From assembly GCA_947457285.1 (NCBI GenBank), contig CANGVZ010000001.1, positions 1 to 36,519 on the forward strand: DNA of 36,519 nucleotides, written 5' to 3'. Of the stretch, positions 19,292 to 28,688 are shown one piece after another; position 1 is the stretch's first letter; the number at the start of each line of letters is the position of its first letter. Made by a program: the position numbers and the translations under genes. The notes beneath the pieces were generated by a model, which saw only the letters and a program-made list of their open reading frames with translations, made no database searches and was not told the origin of the DNA. The DNA is from Flavobacteriales bacterium. GTDB taxonomy: Bacteria; Bacteroidota; Bacteroidia; Flavobacteriales_D; Sanyastnellaceae.

Positions 19292-19410
19292 GTTAGATTT
19301 TATTCAAGGTTTCAGCACGAAAATACTAAAAATCATGGATTCACATTTAACACATCCTGCGAAACTTGTTACAACAAACTTTCGTAAGAAGTGGACCAAA
19401 TTGGCTTTGC

Positions 19411-22400
19411 ATGCTACCAAATTTTACTCGTTTTCTATCTCTCATCTTACTGACATGGACCATTTGTACGAGCAATAAAACGTTCGCACAGAGTGGAACG
19501 GACTTCTGGTTTGCACCTCCAGATATTACGGATTTACACAACAGTCCCGGAGGTGAACCACTTTTCCTATTCGTTTCATCAACAGGTCTCGCATCCACGG
19601 TCACCATTTCACAGCCCGCCAACCCAAGCTTCAATGGAGGCAATCCCATAGTAGTGACACTGGCCGCCAATGAATCACAACGCATCAATTTGACCGCATT
19701 CAAATCAGTACTTGAAACACGACCAACAAACACCATTGTCAATACCGGTCTTCGCGTGCAGGCCACCACATCTATCACCTGTTATTACGAATGTGCAAAT
19801 ACTAACAACACTGATATATGGGCTCTTAAAGGTCCAAATGCACTGGGAACTGAATTCTACATTCCACTCCACAAACACGCTGCATTCCCAAACCAGGTAT
19901 TCGCTTCGCCTCACCTTGCATTTGCTTCATTTGATATTTGTGCCACGGAGAACAACACTGTTGTTACCATCTATTCTCCCACACCCGTTGATGGCTATCC
20001 CGCACTTCAACAGTTTTCCATCACTCTTAATGCAGGACAAACGTATTCGTGTGGATGGACTGGAGCAAACTATACACAACCTAGCACGCACCCTTCGGGC
20101 GCTGTAGTGCTTTCTGACAAACCGATTACTGTATCATTAAAAGACGATTCCAACCGCAGCCCCGCTGGCGGTTGCTTCGATATTCTCGGCGATCAAATTG
20201 TTCCTACAGATGTGGTTGGAACAGATTACATCGCTGTGAAAGGTGCTCTTGCAAGCAATGGAGACGAGAGCGTCGTTCTAATGGCAACTCAAAACAACAC
20301 CCGCGTTTTTATCAATGGAAGCGCTACACCTGTTGCAACGCTTTTCGCGGGTGAATACTATCGAATCGATATGGACTACTTGTCCACGGGCCTCGACAAC
20401 TCGGTCTACATTCGATGCACAGAACCGACGTATGCCATGCACATCACCGGTTTCGGTTGTGAAATGGGGATGGCCCAATTGCCTCCTCTCAATTGTGCAG
20501 GTTCACAAGCTGTGAACTTTGTTCGTGGCTCTAGCCAAACATTTTATCTAACCATTCTTTGTCGCACTGCAGCTGTAAATGGATTCACCATCACCGGTCC
20601 TGGCACTGCTACTATTCCAACAACAGCATTCGTGCAAGTACCTGGAACTGCTGGTGTTTGGAGCGCTGCGCGCATTACTTACAACACCACTCAAATCCCC
20701 GTAGATCAAACTTTCCGTATCACCAATAGCATCGACGTATTCGCGCTTGGTCTCGGAAATGGAGGCGCGTCTTCAGGTTGTAAATATGGATACTTCTCTG
20801 AATTTGTTGCGCCCATTACAGCCTCGGCCGGACCCGATCAAACCATTTGCGCAAACGCAACCGCTCAATTGAATGGAGCTGTTTCTGGCGGTACCACTAC
20901 AGGAATTTGGAGCTCTACGGGCACCGGTAGTTTCACCCCAAACAACACCGCGCTCAATGCAGTATATACCCCAAGCGCGGCAGACGCTGCGGCAGGTAGT
21001 GTTACACTTACACTCACTTCCACTGGTGCGTGTACTCCTATTTCTGATGTAATGACACTCACCATTAGTCCAGCGCCAACAGTAAACGCTGGTGCAGATC
21101 AAACGGTGTGTCGAAACAATTCTAATGTATCACTCAGTGGTTCTGTAACCGTTGCCACGGGCGGTGTTTGGACCGGTGGTGCTGGAACCTTCATTCCCAA
21201 CAACACCACACTCAATGCTGTATATGTGCCCACAACTGCAGAATTAAACGCTGGTTCTTTGGCACTCACTCTCACCACCACTGGAAACGGAATCTGTAAT
21301 CCAATCTCCGACAACGTAATCATCACCTTTACTGCCGCACCTGTTGTGAATGCTGGTGCAGACCTCACACGCTGCGGCAATAATGCAGCAGCAACGCTAG
21401 CGGGTTCTGTTACCATCGCCACTGGCGGCGTTTGGACAGGTGGCGCGGGTAGTTTTGCTCCTTCAGCAAACACACTCAACGCAGTGTACACACCCACAGC
21501 AGCCGAAGTGCTTGCAGGCAGTGTTACACTCACATTGACATCCACAGGAAATGGATTGTGTAATAGTGTGAGCGATCAAGTCACTATTTTTTATACCACT
21601 CCTCCTACGGCCAATGCTGGTGCAGACATCACGCGTTGTGCAAACAACGCCAATGCTACTCTTGCTGGTAGTGTAACGATTGCTACTGGAGGTCAATGGT
21701 CGGGTGGATTGGGTACATTCTCTCCAAACGCGAACACACTCAACGCCACTTACACTCCAACCGCTACAGAAAGGGCGAATGGAAGTGTTACACTTACTTT
21801 GACCACTACGGGCAATGGTCAGTGTCTAGCAGCAACAGATCAAGTAATCATCACCTTCACTCCAGCGCCAACAGCAAATGCAGGAGCAGATATCACAGTG
21901 TGTGCAAACAATGCAACAGCAACACTTAATGGCGCTGTAACCGTTGCCACAGGTGGTGTCTGGAGTGGTGGATCGGGAACATTCTCTCCAAACGCAAACA
22001 CTCTAAACGCAACGTATACACCTTCATTAGCAGAAAGAAATGCAGGATCTGTGACACTCACGCTCACCACCACTGGTAACGGGCTGTGTACCCAAGTGAC
22101 TGATCAAGTCCTCATCACCATTACTCCTGCACCAATTGTAAACGCAGGTACAGACCGCACCGCATGTGCTAACAACGCCGCCGTGACTCTTGCAGGAAGC
22201 GTTACCAATGCAAGTGGAGGACAATGGTCTGGAGGTGCGGGTACATTCTCGCCTAATGCAAATACGCTCAACGCTATCTATACACCAACCGCAGCAGAAA
22301 TTGCAGCTGGCAGTGTCACTCTCACATTAACCTCTACTGGCAACGGTTCATGCGTGGCAGTGACAGATCAAATGATAATAAGTTACAGCGCCGCACCAAC

Positions 22401-25400
22401 GGTGAACGCGGGTCCTGATCAAGTGCGATGTGCAAACAATGCAACCATCAACCTGGCGGGTGCAGTTACCATTGCTACCGGTGGTCAATGGTCTGGTGGT
22501 CTCGGTGTATTCACACCAAACAATAACACACTCAATGCAACATACACTCCGACAGCAACTGAAATCGCATCAGGAAGTATTACGCTCACGCTTACATCAA
22601 CCGGTAATGGATTGTGTACTGCAGTAACGGATCAAGTAACAATTCAGTTCACCGCCGCACCAACCGCCAATGCTGGTGCTGATATTACCGTGTGTGCTAA
22701 CAACGCATCGGCAACTCTCAATGGATCTATTTCTATCGCATCAGGTGGTGTGTGGAGTGGAGGCACCGGTACATTCTCACCGAATGCAAATGCACTCAAC
22801 GCTACCTATACACCTTCATTAGCAGAAAGAAATGCAGGTACCGTAACGCTCACGCTTACCACAACAGGTAACGGCCTTTGCAATCAAGTGACAGATCAAG
22901 TAGTAATTACTATCAATCCAGCACCGATTGTAAATGCTGGTGCAGACCGCACCGCGTGCGCCAACAATGCAGCCGTAACACTCGCAGGCAGCGTGACCAA
23001 CGCAACCGGCGGACAATGGACAGGAGGCGCTGGAACATTCTCACCCAATGCAAATACACTCAACGCAATCTATACTCCTACAGCCGCGGAAATCGCAGCA
23101 GGTAGCGTGACACTTACTATAACATCCACTGGAAACGGACTTTGCGTCGCTGTAACCGACCTAATGGTAATCAACTACACAGCTGCGCCAACAGTGAATG
23201 CTGGTCCAGATCAAGTGCGATGTGCTAACAATGCCTCAATCAATCTTGCTGGAGCTGTAACAATCTCCACGGGCGGCCAGTGGTCTGGAGGTCTGGGATT
23301 GTTCTCGCCAAACAATAATACGCTCAACGCAACTTACACACCTACTGCCGCAGAAATAGCGTCGGGAAGCATAACTTTGACACTTACGTCAACTGGTAAT
23401 GGTTTGTGCACTGCAGTAACAGATCAAGTAACGATTCAGTTTACTGCGGCACCCACTGCCAATGCAGGTTCCGATATATTGGTCTGTGCTAATAATGCAA
23501 CAGCAACACTCAACGGCTCCGTAACGGTTGCTACAGGCGGCGTTTGGAGCGGTGGCAATGGCACATTCTCTCCGAATGCCAACACACTCAATGCTACCTA
23601 CACACCTACCGCAACAGAAATTGCAATAGGCTCTGTAACACTTACACTCACCACAACAGGAAACGGACTTTGCAATCAAGTAACGGATCAAGTTACCATT
23701 ACTATAGCTCCCGCACCAATTGTAAATGCCGGATTAAATATTAGCGCATGTGCGAATAATTCTACCGTGTCGCTGAGCGGCCAAGTATTCAACGCACTCG
23801 GAGGTGTTTGGACTGGCGGCGCGGGCACCTATTTCCCATCACCAACAGTACTCAATGCCACATATACTCCTACTGCTGCAGAAATTGCACTTGGTAGTTT
23901 GACACTTACTCTCACTTCTACTAGCAATGGAACATGCAGTCCTGTGAGTGACGAAGTCGTAATCACATTCGCTCCAGCACCCATTGCCAATGCAGGAAAC
24001 GATCAAACCGTTTGTGGAAACAATCCTCTCGCCAATCTGAATGGATTCATCAATTTTGCAGCAGGTGGTCAGTGGTCTGGTGGTCTCGGTGTATTCTCTC
24101 CATCAGCCAATGCCCTCAACGCATCATATCAGCCGACAGCTACCGAAATTGCCAATGGTTTTGTAGAACTTACGCTTACAACATCTGGCAATGGAACTTG
24201 CGTTGCTGTGTCTGATATTGTTCGTATCAACTACACCCCATCTCCAGTTGTAAACGCAGGAACGACGCTCGTTTCATGTGAAAACAATGCTGCAGTAAAT
24301 CTCAATGGCTCAGTCGCAATTGCTAATGGAGGTACGTGGTCTGGTGGAAGCGGTACATTTATTCCGAATCCAAATGCCTTGAATGCCCAATACATTCCAA
24401 GTGCATCTGAAATAAATAATGGCGGCGTGGTGCTCACGTTGACATCTACTGGTAACGGTCTCTGTCTTCCTGAAACATCTTCTGTCATCATCGATATCGT
24501 GCCCGCTCCTTCGGTTAATGCTGGATTGGATCAAACCATATGTGTAAGCAATCTCAACGTGCAACTTAGCGGAAGCGTGAGCGGTACTTCAAACACTGGT
24601 GTGTGGTCAAGCTCAGGAAGCGGAACATTTATTCCAAATAATACCGCATTGAATGCCATCTACGAATGCAGCGCGGCAGATAGTTTATTCGGTTCTGTTA
24701 CACTCACGCTTACTTCTACTGGAAACGGTACATGTAATGCTGTAACCGATCAAATGAATATTGTCATTCTTCCTGCCGGTCTTGCGAATGCAGGTGCGAA
24801 TCAAACAGTTTGTGGAAACAATGCTGTAATCAACATCAGCGGCGTGATTGGCGGAGGCGCTACATCAGGTCAGTGGGGAACAACCGGAACCGGAACATTC
24901 AGTCCAAGCATCAATGCGCTGAATGCCACATATACGCCTAGCGCAACAGACATCGCATCCGGTGAGGTATTCATTTTCTTGACTGCCAATAGTTGCAACC
25001 AAGCCGTAGATACGCTTCTACTCACCATTACGCCAGCGCGCACGGTGAATGCAGGCGCGAATCAAACTATTTGTGCAGATCAAACCTCCATTCAATTAGA
25101 AGGTCAAATTACAGGTGGCATTCCAACTGGTGTATGGACCACTAGCGGATCTGGAACATTCAGCCCAAACAATACCACACTTAATGCAACGTATACTCCA
25201 TCTTCTGCTGATGTAGCTTCTCAAATTATTACTCTTACGCTCACTACCACAAACAATGGATCGTGCGCCGCAGTAACAGATCAAATGACATTGAATATTT
25301 TCAATATTGGTGGGGCAAACGCAGGACCTAATCAAACAGTTTGTGGCAATAATGCCAATGTTCAACTTGCAGGATCTTTAACAGGAGCGGCCACTACAGG

Positions 25401-27696
25401 CGTCTGGACAAGCTCTGGTACTGGAGTATTCTCTCCTTCAAGCACCGCTGCAAATGCCATTTATCAAGCATCTGAACAAGATGTCATCAATGGAAACGTG
25501 ACACTTACTTGGTCTGCAACCAACAGCTGTAATAGCGCAAGCGATGAAATGCTAATCAACTTCACTCCTGCACCTACAGTGAATGCTGGCTCAGATCAAT
25601 TTGTTTGTGGTGAAAATCCAGTTTTCAACCTATCAGCAAATTTCACTAACGCTACAGGCATTGTGTGGAGCGGCGGAAGCGGCTCATTCACACCAAACGC
25701 CACTAGCGCCAATGTAACCTATGCTCCCACACAAACCGAACAATCACTCGGTTCTGTCAGTCTTACAATTACCACTACTGGTGTCGGCAACTGCCTTCCT
25801 GTTTCTGACGTGGTATCTTTAACGATGTCGTCAGGCATTGCTGTAAACGCTGGACAAGATCAAACAGTTTGTATTTCTGCTGATGTTACACAGCTACAAG
25901 GACTCATCGCCAACGGCACTAGCACGGGTGTTTGGACAACTACTGGTTCTGGTAATTTTATTCCAGACGCAACAGCACTGAATGCCATTTACGAATTCAG
26001 TGAAGCCGACCGTCTCTCTGGTAGCCTCACCTTCACACTAACGCCAACGAATACAGGAAACTGTCCTGTTGTTACAGACGAAATGACCATTACATTCAGC
26101 TCTAGCGTATTCGTGCAAGCGGGTAATGATTCACAAATTTGCGCTTCACAAGATGAAATCAATCTCACCGGAATCGTTACTGGAGGCGCTACTCAGGGCA
26201 ACTGGACCACCAATGGAAGTGGTGCTTTCTCGAGCAATACTGATCTTAATGCTGTCTATTCACTCTCCGAAACCGATCGTTTGCTCGGTTCGCTCAGCTT
26301 CTATTTAGTGAGTACCAACAATGGCAGTTGTGAGCCTGGATTTGATACTCTTGTCGTTAATATCACTCCCATTTCAAGTGTTTCTGCAGGCAATAATCTA
26401 ACGATTTGTAGCACACAAGAGGAAGTAAATCTCGCGGGTAATATTGGCGGCGCATCTACCTCTGGTATCTGGTCAACACTCGGCACTGGAAGCTTTGCGC
26501 CATCAAATGCTTTCGGCGAAACACAAGCTTATTTGCCCTCAGCGGGTGATATTCAAAATGGATTCGTAGAGCTTGTGCTTACAGCAAACAACACTGGTCT
26601 CTGCGTTCCAGGAAACGATACCCTTCGCATTGATATCAATACACTCGCAATCGTAAATGCGGGAGCAGATCAAACCATCTGCGCAGCAGAAACAGCAGTA
26701 ACTCTCATAGGTAATGTGACCAGCGCCTCCGGAAGCGCTAGTTGGAATGCTTCAGGAACAGGCTCGTTCACGAATGCAAACACCACATTAAACAACACAT
26801 ACAATATTTCAGCATCAGATATCTCAACGGGTTCAGTGACACTCACGCTTTCGAGCAACGGAAACGGTGCGTGTCCTGTGGTCGCTGACGAATTGGTGAT
26901 TACCATTATTCCTACCACTGTGGTGAATGCTGGTCCAGACCGGGTGATCTGTGGTGATCAGTCAGAAATAGAGTTGTCCGGTATAATTACCGGTTCAGTT
27001 TCTACCGGAATTTGGAATACCACAGGAACAGGTGCTTTTGCATTCAGTGCGGATGAGTTGGTAAACACATACATCTTAAGCGCATCCGACTTGGCTGTTG
27101 GTACCATTGAACTAACGCTCACTTCTACTAATAATCAGCAATGCCCAGAATCATCTGATGCGATTACGATTATTGTCGAGGCCGTGCCAATTGCTGCATT
27201 CTCAAGCCTTTCAGATGATGAACTAAATGTTGTCTTTACAGATGAGTCTGTCGGCGCGGCTTCTTGGAGCTGGTCATTTGAAAATGGCGCCACCAGTTCT
27301 TCTCAGAATCCGACAGTTACATTCCCTTCTGAAGGTCAATATGGTGTGACGCTTGTTGTGACCAATACTGCCGGTTGTAGCGACACCATCGTATCGGTAA
27401 TTCAAGCGCTTTCAAAAGCTATTGAACCGATAGCTGTTCCTACAGGCTTCAGTCCAAATGGTGATGGTGGCAATGACGTCCTTCACGTATTAGGCGGACC
27501 TTTCGAGTCCGTGGACTTTAAAATTTTCAATGGATGGGGAAATTTAATTTTCTCTACTACTGATCCAAAAGGCGGATGGGACGGCACTTATCAAGGCACT
27601 GCACAGCCTGTAGGTGTTTACGTCTACACCGTATCCGGAAAAACCATTGATGGAAAGAATATTAAAATGTCAGGCAACGTAACCCTTATCCGATAA
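19411..27696 (+). CDS. Giant (2761 aa) T9SS type B cargo: N-terminal beta-helix-like domain, 24 Ig-like repeats, PKD domain, gliding-motility-associated C-terminal (CHU_C) domain
   Basis: Uninterrupted ORF. ATG 19411 gives MLPNFTRFLSLILLTWTICTSNKTFAQ (signal peptide), preferred over 19366. The N-terminal GTDFWFAPP... region resembles the IgGFc-binding-protein N-terminal domain common in Bacteroidota adhesins (from memory, moderate confidence). The PKD-like segment is VVFTDESVGAASWSWSFENGATSSSQNPTVTFPSEGQYGVTLVVTNTAGC. The C-terminus is a type B CTD. Confidence 0.92.
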   Translation: MLPNFTRFLSLILLTWTICTSNKTFAQSGTDFWFAPPDITDLHNSPGGEPLFLFVSSTGLASTVTISQPANPSFNGGNPIVVTLAANESQRINLTAFKSVLETRPTNTIVNTGLRVQATTSITCYYECANTNNTDIWALKGPNALGTEFYIPLHKHAAFPNQVFASPHLAFASFDICATENNTVVTIYSPTPVDGYPALQQFSITLNAGQTYSCGWTGANYTQPSTHPSGAVVLSDKPITVSLKDDSNRSPAGGCFDILGDQIVPTDVVGTDYIAVKGALASNGDESVVLMATQNNTRVFINGSATPVATLFAGEYYRIDMDYLSTGLDNSVYIRCTEPTYAMHITGFGCEMGMAQLPPLNCAGSQAVNFVRGSSQTFYLTILCRTAAVNGFTITGPGTATIPTTAFVQVPGTAGVWSAARITYNTTQIPVDQTFRITNSIDVFALGLGNGGASSGCKYGYFSEFVAPITASAGPDQTICANATAQLNGAVSGGTTTGIWSSTGTGSFTPNNTALNAVYTPSAADAAAGSVTLTLTSTGACTPISDVMTLTISPAPTVNAGADQTVCRNNSNVSLSGSVTVATGGVWTGGAGTFIPNNTTLNAVYVPTTAELNAGSLALTLTTTGNGICNPISDNVIITFTAAPVVNAGADLTRCGNNAAATLAGSVTIATGGVWTGGAGSFAPSANTLNAVYTPTAAEVLAGSVTLTLTSTGNGLCNSVSDQVTIFYTTPPTANAGADITRCANNANATLAGSVTIATGGQWSGGLGTFSPNANTLNATYTPTATERANGSVTLTLTTTGNGQCLAATDQVIITFTPAPTANAGADITVCANNATATLNGAVTVATGGVWSGGSGTFSPNANTLNATYTPSLAERNAGSVTLTLTTTGNGLCTQVTDQVLITITPAPIVNAGTDRTACANNAAVTLAGSVTNASGGQWSGGAGTFSPNANTLNAIYTPTAAEIAAGSVTLTLTSTGNGSCVAVTDQMIISYSAAPTVNAGPDQVRCANNATINLAGAVTIATGGQWSGGLGVFTPNNNTLNATYTPTATEIASGSITLTLTSTGNGLCTAVTDQVTIQFTAAPTANAGADITVCANNASATLNGSISIASGGVWSGGTGTFSPNANALNATYTPSLAERNAGTVTLTLTTTGNGLCNQVTDQVVITINPAPIVNAGADRTACANNAAVTLAGSVTNATGGQWTGGAGTFSPNANTLNAIYTPTAAEIAAGSVTLTITSTGNGLCVAVTDLMVINYTAAPTVNAGPDQVRCANNASINLAGAVTISTGGQWSGGLGLFSPNNNTLNATYTPTAAEIASGSITLTLTSTGNGLCTAVTDQVTIQFTAAPTANAGSDILVCANNATATLNGSVTVATGGVWSGGNGTFSPNANTLNATYTPTATEIAIGSVTLTLTTTGNGLCNQVTDQVTITIAPAPIVNAGLNISACANNSTVSLSGQVFNALGGVWTGGAGTYFPSPTVLNATYTPTAAEIALGSLTLTLTSTSNGTCSPVSDEVVITFAPAPIANAGNDQTVCGNNPLANLNGFINFAAGGQWSGGLGVFSPSANALNASYQPTATEIANGFVELTLTTSGNGTCVAVSDIVRINYTPSPVVNAGTTLVSCENNAAVNLNGSVAIANGGTWSGGSGTFIPNPNALNAQYIPSASEINNGGVVLTLTSTGNGLCLPETSSVIIDIVPAPSVNAGLDQTICVSNLNVQLSGSVSGTSNTGVWSSSGSGTFIPNNTALNAIYECSAADSLFGSVTLTLTSTGNGTCNAVTDQMNIVILPAGLANAGANQTVCGNNAVINISGVIGGGATSGQWGTTGTGTFSPSINALNATYTPSATDIASGEVFIFLTANSCNQAVDTLLLTITPARTVNAGANQTICADQTSIQLEGQITGGIPTGVWTTSGSGTFSPNNTTLNATYTPSSADVASQIITLTLTTTNNGSCAAVTDQMTLNIFNIGGANAGPNQTVCGNNANVQLAGSLTGAATTGVWTSSGTGVFSPSSTAANAIYQASEQDVINGNVTLTWSATNSCNSASDEMLINFTPAPTVNAGSDQFVCGENPVFNLSANFTNATGIVWSGGSGSFTPNATSANVTYAPTQTEQSLGSVSLTITTTGVGNCLPVSDVVSLTMSSGIAVNAGQDQTVCISADVTQLQGLIANGTSTGVWTTTGSGNFIPDATALNAIYEFSEADRLSGSLTFTLTPTNTGNCPVVTDEMTITFSSSVFVQAGNDSQICASQDEINLTGIVTGGATQGNWTTNGSGAFSSNTDLNAVYSLSETDRLLGSLSFYLVSTNNGSCEPGFDTLVVNITPISSVSAGNNLTICSTQEEVNLAGNIGGASTSGIWSTLGTGSFAPSNAFGETQAYLPSAGDIQNGFVELVLTANNTGLCVPGNDTLRIDINTLAIVNAGADQTICAAETAVTLIGNVTSASGSASWNASGTGSFTNANTTLNNTYNISASDISTGSVTLTLSSNGNGACPVVADELVITIIPTTVVNAGPDRVICGDQSEIELSGIITGSVSTGIWNTTGTGAFAFSADELVNTYILSASDLAVGTIELTLTSTNNQQCPESSDAITIIVEAVPIAAFSSLSDDELNVVFTDESVGAASWSWSFENGATSSSQNPTVTFPSEGQYGVTLVVTNTAGCSDTIVSVIQALSKAIEPIAVPTGFSPNGDGGNDVLHVLGGPFESVDFKIFNGWGNLIFSTTDPKGGWDGTYQGTAQPVGVYVYTVSGKTIDGKNIKMSGNVTLIR
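20815..27186 (+). repeat. 24 in-frame tandem repeats of ~88 aa (264 nt) inside the type B giant CDS
   Basis: Unit consensus: xxNAGxDQTVCxNNxxxxLxGxVxxATGGxWxGGxGTFxPNxNTLNAxYTPTxxExxxGSVTLTLTxTGNGxCxxVxDxxxIxxxxAP. Exact 264-nt phasing was verified at 20815, 21079, 21871, 22663 and 23455. Later units accumulate about 30 nt of indels, so unit 24 starts at 26917. Each unit has two conserved Cys. Confidence 0.95.
27421..27693 (+). other. T9SS type B sorting domain (gliding motility-associated C-terminal domain, CHU_C)
   Basis: VPTGFSPNGDGGNDVLHVLGG...FKIFNGWGNLIFS...GGWDGTYQGTAQPVGVYVYTVSGKTIDGKNIKMSGNVTLIR. This matches the F(S/T)PNGDG.ND...NRWG...WDG...G.Y.Y...G.VTLIR signature. Confidence 0.9.
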
Positions 27697-27717
27697 TTCA
27701 CCTCAACAATCAACATC

Positions 27718-28686
27718 ATGAAAAAGAATTTTATCCTTTCAATTATAGTCTTGATGTTCTCGTTGGTGGGAATATCCATGAAAGCACAAGACTTTCACTT
27801 ATCACAGTTTGATATGTTGCCTTTGTATTACAATCCTGCTCAAACAGGAATGTACTCTGCCAAAGACAACATCAAATATCGTTTTGCTGGAACTTATCGT
27901 TCGCAATGGCAAAAGCTCAACGGCAAGCCATACAGCGCAGTGGGTGCGGGCTACGACATGAAAATGAAGCGTTTCGGAGCTGGTTTGCTTTTAATGAATC
28001 ACATCGCGGGCGCTTCCAACTTCGACACATTTTCAATGGCAGCTTCTGGCGCATACCAGATCACTGATCCAAAAAGTAAAGACCACTTTTTATCAACTGG
28101 ATTTCAAATAGGATTGTATCAGAAAAAATTCTCCCAAAGAGATTTATTATTTGAAAATCAATACAACTCTGCATTCGGTTTGGATCCGACACTTCCAAAT
28201 GGCGAAGATCTTCCGGACATGAGCATTCTCAAGTTCGACGCTAGTTTTGGTATTTTCTACAAATACACCGACAAGAAAAAACGCTTTGATCCTTCCATTG
28301 GATTGTCTTTATATCACATCAACAGACCCAACGAGTCGTTCACCGGACAGACCGCTCGCTTGCCGATGCGCTTCAATGGTATTTTCAACTGTGATGTTTT
28401 CTTTGGAGAATACATTACCGTTACTCCCTCTGTATTGTACATGAGTCAAGCAAAAGCACGTGAAATCAATGCTGGAATCATTACTGCTTACAAATTGCAA
28501 AACACGGGTTATAGCATTCTCGGCGGAGCCGCATTGCGCGTGAAAGATAGCGTTGTATTGCACTTAGGAATGCGTCACAAAAACAATACATTCCGCATCA
28601 GCTACGATATCGTCACAAGTGATTTGATGAAATATAGTGGACGTCGTGGAGGTTTTGAAATGGGCTTTATTTACTGTGGAAAATAA
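27718..28686 (+). CDS. PorP/SprF-family type IX secretion system membrane protein
   Basis: 322 aa with a signal peptide, then QDFHLSQFDMLPLYYNPAQTG, which is the characteristic PorP/SprF N-terminal motif. The composition looks like a beta-barrel. It starts 21 nt after the type B cargo stop. Confidence 0.88.
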   Translation: MKKNFILSIIVLMFSLVGISMKAQDFHLSQFDMLPLYYNPAQTGMYSAKDNIKYRFAGTYRSQWQKLNGKPYSAVGAGYDMKMKRFGAGLLLMNHIAGASNFDTFSMAASGAYQITDPKSKDHFLSTGFQIGLYQKKFSQRDLLFENQYNSAFGLDPTLPNGEDLPDMSILKFDASFGIFYKYTDKKKRFDPSIGLSLYHINRPNESFTGQTARLPMRFNGIFNCDVFFGEYITVTPSVLYMSQAKAREINAGIITAYKLQNTGYSILGGAALRVKDSVVLHLGMRHKNNTFRISYDIVTSDLMKYSGRRGGFEMGFIYCGK

Positions 28687-28688
28687 AT

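Noticed and set aside
20773-27000. Many 60-150 aa antisense or alternate-frame ORFs inside the type B giant gene (e.g. 21099-21545 minus, 21840-22073 minus, 24231-24491 minus)
   Set aside because: They recur with the 264-nt repeat period and translate to low-complexity Val/Ala/Thr/Pro strings. They are a by-product of the stop-poor Ala/Thr/Gly/Asn codon content of the repeats on the coding strand.
20815-27186. Could the regular 264-nt repeats be a CRISPR-like array or a diversity-generating retroelement target?
   Set aside because: The repeats are contiguous with no spacers, in frame, and encode a conserved Ig-like unit. The window has no cas gene or reverse transcriptase ORF. The differences between copies I hand-aligned are spread over third-codon positions and involve all bases, rather than being adenine-specific.
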